A DNA stretch of 64,000 bases from Leptolyngbyaceae cyanobacterium (GCA_965263355.1 CBDHHL010000056.1:160001-224000); one strand, 5' to 3'; numbered from the stretch's first letter, positions 1 through 10,496 are shown. Translations and numbers: made by a program. The notes: generated by a model from the letters alone, not told the origin.

Positions 1-657
<657 letters not shown>

Positions 658-671
658 GAAACAGCCCCCAA

Positions 672-722
672 AAGCCATCAGATATTGCGCTTCAAGTACA
701 ATATCTGACGGTTTGTTATTTC
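672..722 (+). terminator. Hairpin downstream of chlN, probable intrinsic terminator
   Basis: Inverted repeat ccatcagatattg / caatatctgacgg followed by tttgttatttc. Confidence 0.6.
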
Positions 723-1214
723 TAAACTCTCTTTAGTACCAATTGAATTCAAAAATATTTGGCAGTAATTTATAACAACCTGTTGAAAGGTAAACTCACA
801 GCTCTGGCTATGCAAGGCAACCCCGAATTGGAACCTTTGCAACAGTAATTAGTAAGACAGGCTTCGAGCTTGTTGAAAAAACTTGGGATAACTCAAAAGT
901 TTACAAGGTAAGGATTGACTGGTTAGCCATTGGTGTTTGATAAAAGAAGCTAAATTTTGCGGAATCAATATAGATTAGTAAAATATAGCTACGAGACTTA
1001 ATCACTATAAGATCTTAACCTTGAATTGCGGGTTACAACTTCTATTGTGAAGAATGCAACCTTGTTAACCAGAAACACATCAGATTTTGGAAAAATTAAG
1101 GAGTTATCGATAAATGACTGGTCAAGCGTGTAGAAGATAATAGTCGGATTTAGCGGATGCCTAACATTAGCATGAAGTCTCCATAAGACATACGTCAACT
1201 CACTATCTTAAGTT

Positions 1215-2351
1215 ATGGCCTCTAGTATCTCACTCATTTTGCATCCAGGACATGGGAAATGTGGTTCAACAAGTATTCAAGACGCTATTTATAAACAAGA
1301 AAACTGGTTAAGAGAACAGGGGATCTATATTCCAGATTCAGAGTTTCAATTTAAGTTTGAAAGAAAAATAGGGACCGCTACTGCGTATCCACCTCATCGA
1401 TTATTTGCTGATTTATTAGCCGGTAAGACAAATATCCAAGATTTTGAGCAAAGGCTGGACCAAATTTTAAGTCAAGCAGTTAACTCAGACTGTAAATCAC
1501 TCATTATCTCAACAGAACGACTTTCTGCCAAAACGTCGTCTTTTTCAAACAGCTGTCATCAAGTCCTAGCTTCAAAATTTCAGGATATAAAAGTAATCTA
1601 CTACATCCGTCGCCAAGACGATTGGCTGCTGTCAAGTTGGCAACAGTGGGGGCATAAGGAAGGCAATTCACTCCAAGAATGGTTAGATTTTTGTTTAAAT
1701 AAAGGGTTACCAGGATTTTTAGAATTTTCTAATTTCTTCAAACGTATTTATGGTGAGTCTCATCTGTCTGTAGTTCCTTTACATAAAACTGCATGGCATA
1801 AGGAAAATTTGATAGCCGACTTTTACCATCGTATTGGTATTGAGTTTCCCGAGAACATAAAAACAGATAGAAAGGCTAACATGGCTTTGAATCCCCATCT
1901 TTGTGATTCTTTATCCAGAATTCCTAACCTTTACGAGTCAGCAGAAGATATCTCAATTAAAAATTTACTTCATAAGTATATAAATTCTAGAGAACTCTTA
2001 TTTCGCAGGGATGCAAGTTTTTTTCCTTTAAATCTACGTCAAAAGGTTATGACTAGCTTTTATAACGAGAATCAAGAATTACATCATCAGTTTTTCCCCC
2101 TTCTGGACTTTGAGTGCTTATTTGGCGTAGAGCCAAAAGCGCAGAAAATTGCTTTCGATGAAACTGCAGATAACACTTTAAATGATATTGAATCGATCAA
2201 AGAGGTTCTTGCTATTCAAACTGATTTACTTGTCAGTATCCTCAGGCACCTGGAGAATCAAAAAGCGATCAATAGTCGAAAGTTATTAAGTTTTCAGCAC
2301 CTCAAAAGGTATTTATCCAAGCTTATTAAGTCTACTAAAACTACAAGATAA
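1215..2351 (+). CDS. Sulfotransferase-like P-loop protein
   Basis: N-terminal HPGHGKCGSTSIQ, plus IISTE and YYIRRQDDWLLSSWQQ motifs typical of sulfotransferase-like proteins. Visibly AT-rich compared with neighbours. Confidence 0.6.
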   Translation: MASSISLILHPGHGKCGSTSIQDAIYKQENWLREQGIYIPDSEFQFKFERKIGTATAYPPHRLFADLLAGKTNIQDFEQRLDQILSQAVNSDCKSLIISTERLSAKTSSFSNSCHQVLASKFQDIKVIYYIRRQDDWLLSSWQQWGHKEGNSLQEWLDFCLNKGLPGFLEFSNFFKRIYGESHLSVVPLHKTAWHKENLIADFYHRIGIEFPENIKTDRKANMALNPHLCDSLSRIPNLYESAEDISIKNLLHKYINSRELLFRRDASFFPLNLRQKVMTSFYNENQELHHQFFPLLDFECLFGVEPKAQKIAFDETADNTLNDIESIKEVLAIQTDLLVSILRHLENQKAINSRKLLSFQHLKRYLSKLIKSTKTTR

Positions 2352-2396
2352 AAGGGTATCCACTCAAGCCGGGAAATTCTGGTTAACTAGGAATCT

Positions 2397-2460
2397 AGAA
2401 TCCAGGAGCCAGAATGGAGAAGGGATATGGCTTCTGGCTCCTGACTTCTGACATCTATCC
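2397..2460. repeat. Heptamer (STRR-like) inverted repeat element, with a related copy at 5673-5723
   Basis: caggagccagaa ... ttctggctcctg here; caggggccagaagc ... gcttctggcccctg at about 5679-5719. Confidence 0.6.
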
Positions 2461-2587
2461 TTGGTAAAATTTCCCGCTTTAAGTTGGTACCCAGATAAAA
2501 AATAAGGGCTCTGCCAAAAAATAACATCCCTGGCTTAGATAAGTGAAAGGTAAAGGGTACAGGGTAAAGGGCGCTCGGTTGGTATGT

Positions 2588-2650
2588 TATACGAAATCCT
2601 GACTGATAGCGTCTGGTATCGCAAGGCATCCACAAGGGAGTGCCCCACCA
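2588..2650. repeat. Short dispersed repeat, partial copy of the element at 19269-19377
   Basis: atacgaaatcctgactgatagcgtctggtatcgcaaggcatccacaagggagtgcccc aligns with atacgaaatcctgcttgatagcgcccggtatcgaagggcatccccaagggagtgtccc. Confidence 0.75.
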
Positions 2651-2706
2651 ACGACACTCAGCCTACCGGTATGTTAAGTACTGGAGACTGTGTATGAGAC
2701 TACAAT

Positions 2707-3774
2707 CTATCTCAGTGGCTGAACCCGATCGGGTGGCCAGTAGATTTTATAGGCTGCCCCTAGAATGTTAGCTTCAGGTACATATCCCCAAACATGGGAA
2801 TCAGAGCTGTTGTTGCGGTTATCGCCCAACACAAAATAACTGTTGGCAGGTATTGTTTCAGGTCCCCACCCATAGGCCGGTGTTGACTGGGCGTAAGGTT
2901 CTGAGAGCGGGCGATTGCCGACATAAACGCGACCTTCCTTAACGGCTATCTGTTGCCCCGGCAGACCAATCACTCGCTTTACATATAGTAGATCTTCGGT
3001 TTGTGTTTTTTCAGAAAGATCGAGCAGCGCGTCATCGGGTGGGATAAAAACAATAATATCACCGGTTTTAGGACGGTACGTTGACTGCCGCCGGACAAAG
3101 AGACGATCGTCTCTTTGTAGCGTCGGAGCCATCGATTCACTGGGCACAATACATTGTTCAACCGCCTGCTGAACCCAACCTGGTATTGCCCCTAGGGACA
3201 GCCGAACCAACAAAAGACCAATAACAAGAAGTGCGATCGCACCTGATTGATGCCTAGTGCGATGGGGAAAACTGACGTACACGTGATAACAGCTCAGCGC
3301 CCAAATCAATGGTGGAATCGATACCAATTGGGGAACAGAATTCGCTAGCCAAGCTGTCAGAACACCTGTGAGCAGAAATAGTCCCCCAGCCAACGCCTGT
3401 TGAAGATACAAATGCCCTAATCCAGGCAGCAACTGTGATAAAAAAACAGCATACCAGGGGTCGGAAATCCCCTGAGGCACAGAGATCCGAGTAGCGTATC
3501 CCTGTTGGGTACCACGATAGGCATCCAAGATACTGAAACTATACAGAATGAGTAAGCATCCTATCGTCCAGAATCCCACCATGGTTTGGCCATTTGCCCC
3601 AAAAATGGACCAAGTAGCATAGCCGATCATAACAACTGCTATCAGGACTAGGCTGATTCCTTTCACCCAGAAAGCGCTATACAGCTGTCCTAACCCCGGA
3701 AACACTAGCGAATAGTTCACTGCCAGCCATGGGTTTAGGCGATTTGACGGGGTTGACGAAAAAGATGATTGCAT
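2707..3774 (-). CDS. lepB: Signal peptidase I with extended N-terminal membrane domain
   Basis: Catalytic motifs SESMAPTL, YVKRVIGLPG and GDNRNNSSDSH; two PGLG(Q/H)LY membrane repeats at the N-terminus. Confidence 0.9.
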   Translation of the reverse strand: MQSSFSSTPSNRLNPWLAVNYSLVFPGLGQLYSAFWVKGISLVLIAVVMIGYATWSIFGANGQTMVGFWTIGCLLILYSFSILDAYRGTQQGYATRISVPQGISDPWYAVFLSQLLPGLGHLYLQQALAGGLFLLTGVLTAWLANSVPQLVSIPPLIWALSCYHVYVSFPHRTRHQSGAIALLVIGLLLVRLSLGAIPGWVQQAVEQCIVPSESMAPTLQRDDRLFVRRQSTYRPKTGDIIVFIPPDDALLDLSEKTQTEDLLYVKRVIGLPGQQIAVKEGRVYVGNRPLSEPYAQSTPAYGWGPETIPANSYFVLGDNRNNSSDSHVWGYVPEANILGAAYKIYWPPDRVQPLR

Positions 3775-3997
3775 TCCTCAAGTATCGGCCATGTGAAAAA
3801 ATTAGTATTCTGTGGCGTAAGGTTACCCACTTTCAAACATGGATGAGTCGATGGTCATTGCTACCTGAGCCTTTTACAAACCTGTAAAATGGACTTGAAA
3901 AGGAGGTAAAAATAAGCTTATCCATCATTGAGCAATTCAGATGAGTTAATACTAATGCATGATGCTATCGAAGAAGGTTGCGGGCAGGTAGATTTGG

Positions 3998-4780
3998 ATG
4001 AGTGGTAGCTATTATGACGAAAAGGCGGCGAGGGACCTTGAGCGCAGTTATAGCACACCGGAGGTCGCGCAACAGCGAATCCGGACTCTAAAGGGTCTGG
4101 CACTTCAGTCTGGCGAACATGTCCTAGATGCCGGTTGCGGGCCAGGTTTCCTCACCCAAGAGCTGGCAATGATGGTGGGGTCGCACGGTCTCGTAGTTGG
4201 TGTCGACAACAGCCTGGATATGCTTGATTTAGCGACAAAGCGGTGTAAAGGGCTACCTCAAGTTCAATTAAAACAAGGTAGCGTGGTAGAACTGCCAGAG
4301 CGGGAAGAACGCTTTGATGCTGTGACATGCATTCAAGTTTTGGGGTATGTATCCCAAGTGTCAAGAGCGCTTGCAGAGATGCATCGCGCTCTGAAACGCG
4401 GTGGCCGTATTGCTGTGCTCGAAACCGACTGGCATGGCGTTGTTTTGAATAGTTCCGACGAAGTACTTAGTCGCCGAATGTTTGCAGCTTGGGACAATGC
4501 TGTCCCAAGTCCCAATCTCCCAGCAAAATTGAGAATGCTCCTGCAGGCGCAAGAATTCGCGGCCATTCGTGTGGAGGCCATTCCAATTCTCAACACCAGC
4601 TACGTGCCTGGGAATTTCGCAGTCGGTGCGCTTGAGTGGATTGCTCGACATGCCCAAGAACAGGGGGCGGTTTCTGAAGAAGAGACTACAGCATGGTTAG
4701 ACGACCTAATGGAATTAGACAAGAACGGGACATTTTTCTTCTGCGTAAACCGGTTTCTTTTCACGGCTGTCAAACTATGA
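3998..4780 (+). CDS. Class I SAM-dependent methyltransferase (UbiE-like)
   Basis: VLDAGCGPG motif I, GVDNS, FDAV and LKRGG motifs. Confidence 0.85.
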   Translation: MSGSYYDEKAARDLERSYSTPEVAQQRIRTLKGLALQSGEHVLDAGCGPGFLTQELAMMVGSHGLVVGVDNSLDMLDLATKRCKGLPQVQLKQGSVVELPEREERFDAVTCIQVLGYVSQVSRALAEMHRALKRGGRIAVLETDWHGVVLNSSDEVLSRRMFAAWDNAVPSPNLPAKLRMLLQAQEFAAIRVEAIPILNTSYVPGNFAVGALEWIARHAQEQGAVSEEETTAWLDDLMELDKNGTFFFCVNRFLFTAVKL

Positions 4781-5000
4781 GCGAGTATCAGATCTAACAA
4801 GATTATCTTTTTACCACTCAACAACATAACCAGACTGTGTTTATCTCAACCAGGAACGAATATAACAATTTTCTAAGCCAATGCTAATTTAATAAGTCTT
4901 TTTACTCATGGGAGATTCAGATTGGACCTGTTTACTAACAACTGTCAGCCGGTCATCCACGGTAACTCAAGTCCTTCTACATACTTTTCTAGGTAATCAC

Positions 5001-5621
5001 ATGAAACTTACTTACTTTGCAGCCCTTGCTGTTTCCTCCATGCTTACTGTTAGTACAGCTGTTGTTACCAATAGCTTTCAGCCTGCCTATGCTTCCCCCT
5101 GTGCCGCTGCTTCTGTAAACCCTTGTGCTGCTAACCCCTGTGCTGCTAACCCTTGTGCCGCTGCTGTAAATCCCTGTGCAGCAAATCCTTGCGCTGCTGA
5201 TCCTTGTGCCGCTGCTGTAAATCCCTGTGCGGCAAATCCTTGCGCTGCTGATCCTTGCGCTGCTGCAGTAAATCCCTGTGCGGCGGCAAATCCTTGTGCG
5301 GCGGCTGGAACAGGAAACTTTGTTGCCGTATCCAGTGATACTGTTGGGGGCGTCACTATCGTTGAAGAGAATGGTAAGCGCTATCTTGAATTTGATGAAA
5401 CATTCAGCACTGAGGATGGTCCTGACCTATTTGTATTACTACACAAAGAATCTACACCCCAAAGCTATAGCTCTGACCAGTTTGTAAATCTTGGGGATCT
5501 ACAATCTATTTCCGGTAGCCAGCGTTATGAGATTCCTGAAGATATCTCTATTGATGCCTTTAAGTCCGCTGTTATTTGGTGCCGTCAGTTTAATGTCACC
5601 TTTGGCGTTGCCGCAATTTAG
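5001..5621 (+). CDS. Secreted DM13-domain protein with N-terminal (N/D)PCAA cysteine repeats
   Basis: Signal peptide MKLTYF...PAYA from ATG 5001 (ORF track starts at 4908); 12 PC motifs; C-terminal GPDLFVLL...GSQRYEIP...VIWCRQFNVTFG matches DM13. Confidence 0.8.
   Translation: MKLTYFAALAVSSMLTVSTAVVTNSFQPAYASPCAAASVNPCAANPCAANPCAAAVNPCAANPCAADPCAAAVNPCAANPCAADPCAAAVNPCAAANPCAAAGTGNFVAVSSDTVGGVTIVEENGKRYLEFDETFSTEDGPDLFVLLHKESTPQSYSSDQFVNLGDLQSISGSQRYEIPEDISIDAFKSAVIWCRQFNVTFGVAAI
5091..5307 (+). repeat. Coding tandem repeat, 15/21-bp units with a 51-bp higher-order repeat, encoding NPCAA/DPCAA
   Basis: Direct reading of the aacccttgtgctgct-type units. Confidence 0.95.
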
Positions 5622-5807
5622 GTAGCATTAAGTTTCGGATATCAGCCTAAGGCGAGACGTTTTCCAAAAAATAGGAGTCAGGGGCCAGAAGCCACAACTT
5701 TAATGCTTCTGGCCCCTGGCCTATAGTAGTGTTTTTTAGCTCTATTGAATAATCCTGGATAATGGGAGAATACATCAGCTGTTGCTTATTTATTCCTTCA
5801 ATTTCCC

Positions 5808-6686
5808 TTGATGGTAAACACTCTACCCGCTGATGCTCAGCATTTGACAGAAGATACTTCGGTGGCCTTATCTGGCCAGATCCAATTTGTTGATGTTTCC
5901 ACTCCCCTAACAGATCAAGCTATTGCTACTAGCCATGTATGTGTAGGCACGGGCAAACCAATTTTGCTGCTCCATGGGTTTGATAGCTCAGTATTTGAAT
6001 TTCGTCGATTAGTACCCCAGCTAGGCAACAATGCCCAAGTATGGGCCATGGATCTACTGGGTTTTGGATTTACGGACCGGACGACGGATGCACCCATCAC
6101 CCCCGTTGCCATCAAGCAGCATATCTATAGTTTTTGGCAACAGCAGATTGGCGAACCAATGATTCTGGTAGGTGCGTCTATGGGTGGAGCAGCGGCCATT
6201 GACGTTACCTTGGACTTTCCAGACGTGGTGGAAAAGCTAGTCCTGCTGGACAGTGCAGGGTTTGCAGCAGGACCGGCCATGGGAAAATTAATGGTACCGC
6301 CATTGGATAGCTGGGCAACTGCATTTCTTAGAAATCCAGGGGTACGACGACGGATTAGTCAGCAGGCCTATTGCGATCGCACCTTCGTCACTGCAGACGC
6401 CGAACTTTGTGCGGCCTTACACTTGCAGATGCCCAACTGGAAAGAAGCCCTGATCGCTTTTACCAAAAGTGGTGGCTACAACTTCTTAGACAGCTATATT
6501 CAGAAACTTACACTACCCACCCTAGTTATATGGGGTGAACAGGACAAAATTTTAGGCACCAAAGACGCCAAACGATTTGAGCAAACCATTGCGAATAGCC
6601 AACTGGTGTGGATTGCTGATTGTGGCCATGTTCCCCACCTGGAAAAACCAAAGGCTACCGCTGAGGCAATCGTAGCGTTTATCTAG
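5808..6686 (+). CDS. Alpha/beta fold hydrolase
   Basis: LLHGFDS, DLLGFGFT, GASMGG nucleophile elbow, WGEQD and CGHVPHLE motifs. Confidence 0.9.
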   Translation: MMVNTLPADAQHLTEDTSVALSGQIQFVDVSTPLTDQAIATSHVCVGTGKPILLLHGFDSSVFEFRRLVPQLGNNAQVWAMDLLGFGFTDRTTDAPITPVAIKQHIYSFWQQQIGEPMILVGASMGGAAAIDVTLDFPDVVEKLVLLDSAGFAAGPAMGKLMVPPLDSWATAFLRNPGVRRRISQQAYCDRTFVTADAELCAALHLQMPNWKEALIAFTKSGGYNFLDSYIQKLTLPTLVIWGEQDKILGTKDAKRFEQTIANSQLVWIADCGHVPHLEKPKATAEAIVAFI

Positions 6687-6690
6687 CCCT

Positions 6691-6764
6691 TAAACCTGGT
6701 CCACGTCCAAAACGGTCATTTCTCCCTAGCGGAACCTCCAGGTTTCAACTTGGACGTAGTTTAG
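6691..6764 (-). repeat. About 74-bp MITE-like dispersed repeat, copy 1 (reverse orientation)
   Basis: Reverse complement ctaaactacgtccaagttgaaacctg...aaatgaccgttttggacgtggaccaggttta aligns with copies at 24829, 44059 and 56532. Confidence 0.8.
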
Positions 6765-6921
6765 TAGGGAGGATAACAGTAGAAAATTTTACTTTTGTGG
6801 TATGTATATTAGGACATTGGACCTAGGATATACACATCACCGAGGGACTCAGTGCATACTCAACTACAGTTAGACATTCTGTTCTACTGCCTACCTCCAC
6901 TAATCGTGCATACCCCCTGAA

Positions 6922-7710
6922 ATGATTCTAGATGTTTGTCAAACTGACATTCGTGTCATCCAGTGGCTTCAGTTTACTCACTCAGTGTCTAACTGGTTGA
7001 CGAGGTCTCCCCTAGCTTATCTATTAATTGGGGGTACCTTTATCCTCTGCTTTCTGATCATCAGCGGCCTGATCATTCGCGGCTTTACTATATTGAGGCG
7101 AGGCCGATCAGTCAAGCGTCTTTGGATTTGGGGATTTCCCATCGCCCTTTTTCTCAGCCTTTCGCCGCTACTGATCGGGGAACCACTGTTGACCCAGTTT
7201 CTGCCAACCTATAGGGGGCAGACGGCAGATGCGGTGGTTGTGCTCGGACGGGGCATTCATTTGAGAACAGACCGAGTAGCCAAAGCAGCAGAACTGCTAT
7301 GGACAGAGCGGTCAACTCGAGTATTTGTGAGTGGTCATAACGATGCTCCCCAGATGGCAGCGATGCTCAATCAGTTGGGCGTTCCCGCGACTCAAATATC
7401 CGGTGAAAATTGCTCACTAACCACTGAAGAAAATGCCCAGTACACAGCTCAGCAGTTGATGCCCGATGGGGTAAAGTCCATCATTTTAATTAGCGATCCG
7501 TCCCATCTATTGCGATCGCAGCTTGTCTTTAGCAGCCTTGGCTTTGAGGTCATTCCTTACGCCAGCCCCTTACCTAGGGAGCTAAGCCTCCACCATCGCC
7601 GACTACTTGCCATGCGTGAATCCCTAGGTCTAGTGACCTATGGCCTGATGGGCCGCTACTGGCCCCGCCCCCAGACCATTGCCTCGGTGGATACGGCCAT
7701 CACACAGTAA
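6922..7710 (+). CDS. YdcF/DUF218 family membrane protein
   Basis: ADAVVVLGRG, VSG, ENCSLTTEENA and ISDPSHLLR motifs; N-terminal transmembrane helices. Confidence 0.85.
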   Translation: MILDVCQTDIRVIQWLQFTHSVSNWLTRSPLAYLLIGGTFILCFLIISGLIIRGFTILRRGRSVKRLWIWGFPIALFLSLSPLLIGEPLLTQFLPTYRGQTADAVVVLGRGIHLRTDRVAKAAELLWTERSTRVFVSGHNDAPQMAAMLNQLGVPATQISGENCSLTTEENAQYTAQQLMPDGVKSIILISDPSHLLRSQLVFSSLGFEVIPYASPLPRELSLHHRRLLAMRESLGLVTYGLMGRYWPRPQTIASVDTAITQ

Positions 7711-7814
7711 ACTAAACGATGTCCACTGCTAGAACCCTTGTTGTTTAGAAGCTTCAAGGTATTATCTGGCATTGGTGCATTGGTAAAACCTAGTTTGCTG
7801 GAGGTGCGATCGCA

Positions 7815-9515
7815 ATGGGGTCAGATTCATCATACTCATCTGCCCGTTGGGTTGCCATTATTGCTGTGGTTTTAACCCTGTTTATCGCCTTTTTCTGGCG
7901 TTTAGACAGTATCGGCCTGGTGGATGAAACGGAACCTCTATTTGCCGAAGCATCACGCCAGATGTACCTTACTGGCGACTGGATTACCCCCTATTTCAAC
8001 GGTGAAACCCGGTTTGACAAACCACCTTTGGTGTACTGGGGCATGGCCTTAGGCTTCCAACTTTTTGGCGTTGGCGAATGGGCCGTGCGGCTGCCATCGG
8101 CCCTAGCTGCGGCTGGTCTGGCTGGGTTTAGCTTTTATACTCTGGAACGATACGGCCACCCCCATGGGGCACAAGCTACACCCTTACTAGACAAACAGCC
8201 ATCAGACAAACAGCAAGCCTTTACGCTAGCAGCCTTAGTGGGCACAGTTGCCATGGTGCTTCATCCAGAAACCCTGGTCTGGGCCCGCACAGGTGTCTCA
8301 GATATGCTGCTGTCAGGCTGTATGGGAGCGGCACTGCTATGTTTCTTTTGGGGCTATGCCCAAGGGGGCAAGGCCCGCTGGTATTACGGCTTTTACACAT
8401 TTGTCGCCCTGGCTGTATTAGCCAAAGGCCCTGTGGGGGCTGTTATTCCAGGGCTGGTGGTGTTTGCCTTTGCCGCCTATCTGGGGCAGATGCGCAACCT
8501 GTTTAAGGAAATCAAGCTGCTGTGGGGCAGCCTGCTGGTACTACTGTTAACACTGCCCTGGTTTATCGCTGTAATTGTCATCCATGGCCAAACCTATATT
8601 GACAACTTTTTTGGCTACCACAACTACGAGCGGTTTACCGAAGTCGTCAATGGTCACGCCGCCCCTTGGTACTTTTACTTTGCCGTCGTCGCGGTGGGCT
8701 TTTTACCCTGGTCACCAGGGTTGCCCTTTGCCATAGTGCGGCTACGGCCCTGGTCCCTGGGTTACTGGCGACGTCAACCTCGAGAGAAACAGCTAGGATT
8801 GTTTGCCCTGATTTGGTTTCTCGCCATCTTCTGCTTTTTTACAGCGGCGGTTACCAAGCTACCAAGCTATGTGCTACCACTGATGCCAGCGGCAGCCATT
8901 ATGATTGGCCTTATGTGGGCTGGCCCCCGTCAGCGAGGCACCTGGCTTAGCGCCCTGGTGAGCATAGTGTTTTTTGCCCTGTTATCAATCGCCTCTTACC
9001 TAACGCCAAACTGGCTCGGTGGCGATCCGGTGATGCCTGATTTTCCAGAGCTAGTGCGCAATTCCCAAGCTATGTTACACGGCTCAATAGTGTGGGGACT
9101 GGCCACATTGGCAGGCTTAGTATTGTTGTTAATGCGGCGAGCGCGATGGATGTGGACCGTTAGCTTGATTGCCTTTATAGCCTTTACCCTGGTTTCAATT
9201 TTGCCCATGGCAACCATTGCTGACAGCCAACGCCAGCTGCCCCTGCGACAGCTGGCCGAGACCATCCAAACAGAACAACAGCTTGATGAACCCATCGCCA
9301 TGGTCGGATTTATGAAACCGAGTCTGGTGTTTTACACGCAGCAGCCAGTTTTGTATACCTATAACCCTGATTCAGAGAGACTACAGGCCTTAGGCCAGGC
9401 CCTAGTCGTCGGTCACCCCGATGAGATTGCCACAGCCATTGGGGTGAGCCAGTCAGGAAAGATTTTACAAGCAGCAGGCACCTATCAATTAGCGCGATTA
9501 ACCTTCACACCATAG
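7815..9515 (+). CDS. ArnT/GT-C family (PMT-like) membrane glycosyltransferase
   Basis: DETEPLFAEASRQM...GDWITP...RFDKPPLVYW, AVRLPSA, LAKGPVG and TKLPSYVLP motifs. Confidence 0.9.
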   Translation: MGSDSSYSSARWVAIIAVVLTLFIAFFWRLDSIGLVDETEPLFAEASRQMYLTGDWITPYFNGETRFDKPPLVYWGMALGFQLFGVGEWAVRLPSALAAAGLAGFSFYTLERYGHPHGAQATPLLDKQPSDKQQAFTLAALVGTVAMVLHPETLVWARTGVSDMLLSGCMGAALLCFFWGYAQGGKARWYYGFYTFVALAVLAKGPVGAVIPGLVVFAFAAYLGQMRNLFKEIKLLWGSLLVLLLTLPWFIAVIVIHGQTYIDNFFGYHNYERFTEVVNGHAAPWYFYFAVVAVGFLPWSPGLPFAIVRLRPWSLGYWRRQPREKQLGLFALIWFLAIFCFFTAAVTKLPSYVLPLMPAAAIMIGLMWAGPRQRGTWLSALVSIVFFALLSIASYLTPNWLGGDPVMPDFPELVRNSQAMLHGSIVWGLATLAGLVLLLMRRARWMWTVSLIAFIAFTLVSILPMATIADSQRQLPLRQLAETIQTEQQLDEPIAMVGFMKPSLVFYTQQPVLYTYNPDSERLQALGQALVVGHPDEIATAIGVSQSGKILQAAGTYQLARLTFTP

Positions 9516-9558
9516 GCATCTTAAAGATTGCCCACCTGCAAAATTGAGTGTAAGCGAT

Positions 9559-9589
9559 GGGAAGTGGTGCGTGAGGCACGCTACGCTTA
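9559..9589. repeat. REP element of the RAYT-associated family
   Basis: ggaagtggtgcgtgaggcacgctacgctt matches the repeats at 10421, 11511-11825 and 62378-62464. Confidence 0.8.
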
Positions 9590-9608
9590 CTAAATGAATA
9601 TTCAGAAT

Positions 9609-9652
9609 TTGACATTATCAACATTGTCAACCATGGTTGATTACTGTATGAT
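9609..9652 (+). promoter_or_regulatory. Sigma70-type promoter overlapped by palindromic operator-like sites
   Basis: TTGTCA (9624) - 17 nt - TATGAT (9647) with extended TG; palindromes ttgaca...tgtcaa and tcaaccatggttga. Confidence 0.55.
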
Positions 9653-9683
9653 TGATATACTAAGTTACAAAAAAGAGTAACCT

Positions 9684-9884
9684 ATGGCTCCAACCAAACG
9701 AGAGCGACAAATGGTAGATATTGGCGAACTTGTTGCCGATATTGATCGCTATCCTGAGGCGGCAGGGATTGATGCTGACATCTGGCAAACTTTAAGCTAC
9801 ACCCAAAAGGTCAAAATTCTTATTCAGCGACAGCTTCAATCTGTCCAACAGCATTTGGATAAGGTTGACGAAGACGATGAGTGA
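9684..9884 (+). CDS. Small hypothetical protein, possibly ribbon-helix-helix-like DNA-binding
   Basis: 66 aa directly after a promoter; R-x-x-VDI strand followed by helices (WQTLSYTQKVKILI). Confidence 0.55.
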   Translation: MAPTKRERQMVDIGELVADIDRYPEAAGIDADIWQTLSYTQKVKILIQRQLQSVQQHLDKVDEDDE

Positions 9885-10125
9885 TAAGAAAGATATTCAG
9901 GCGTTGAAAGCAGCTGTCCAAGATCTAAAAGATGCTCAGACGATGCTGCTGCAATAGGTGGATGCCATTGATAAAAGTCAAGAAACTCAATTTGCTGAAC
10001 TTTCAGAGTTGATTCAGGTGCTCATTGATGAACAACGATATGGTCATACGGAACTGAGGAAACATATTAATGAACTCCAATGCCAAATTTCAGGCTCAGA
10101 TTCAGAGTATGAGGACTCAGATTGA
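9877..10125 (+). pseudogene. Small coiled-coil ORF interrupted by one in-frame TAG (9955-9957)
   Basis: Reads MSDKKDIQALKAAVQDLKDAQTMLLQ*VDAIDKSQETQFAELSELIQVLIDEQRYGHTELRKHINELQCQISGSDSEYEDSD*. The start overlaps the end of the upstream ORF. Confidence 0.5.
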
Positions 10126-10300
10126 GGAAATGCATGCTGAGACTGAAGCGTTTTCTAAACAATTTAATGCTTGGGTTGTTGAACAAAACCGGCAAAAGTC
10201 TCAATCGAAGATTGTTAGGGTTCGTTCTTTCCTACGCCGCGCTTTAGTAGCGTCGAGACATTTTTTTCTATCTCAAGTAACCAAGACACGAGCCAAGTAG
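10070..10300 (+). CDS. Small hypothetical coiled-coil protein
   Basis: 76-aa helical ORF co-oriented with the preceding small ORFs. Confidence 0.4.
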   Translation: MNSNAKFQAQIQSMRTQIEEMHAETEAFSKQFNAWVVEQNRQKSQSKIVRVRSFLRRALVASRHFFLSQVTKTRAK

Positions 10301-10420
10301 TATGACACTGCATGGCTTGGGTGGTTGGCTTGATATGATTTACATTGTACCTCATGCAGATTTTGCGATCGTGCCCACCATTGTTATTCGTATAGACAAT
10401 AAAACGTAGGGTGCCGTATA

Positions 10421-10459
10421 GTGCGTTATCTCTTGGAAGTGGTGCGTGAGTCACGCACT
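10421..10459. repeat. REP element
   Basis: gtgcgttatctcttggaagtggtgcgtgagtcacgcac. Confidence 0.85.
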
Positions 10460-10496
10460 GAGAAACACGATAGATGTGTCGTGACAATTATTGCGG

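Noticed and set aside
770..925. Possible gene remnant (YNNLLKGKLTALAMQGNPELEPLQQ*LVRQ...)
   Set aside because: Short and interrupted, with no family I can recognise.
5087..5356. Minus-strand AAAQG-repeat ORF
   Set aside because: It is the antisense shadow of the NPCAA repeat; the plus strand has the signal peptide and DM13 domain.
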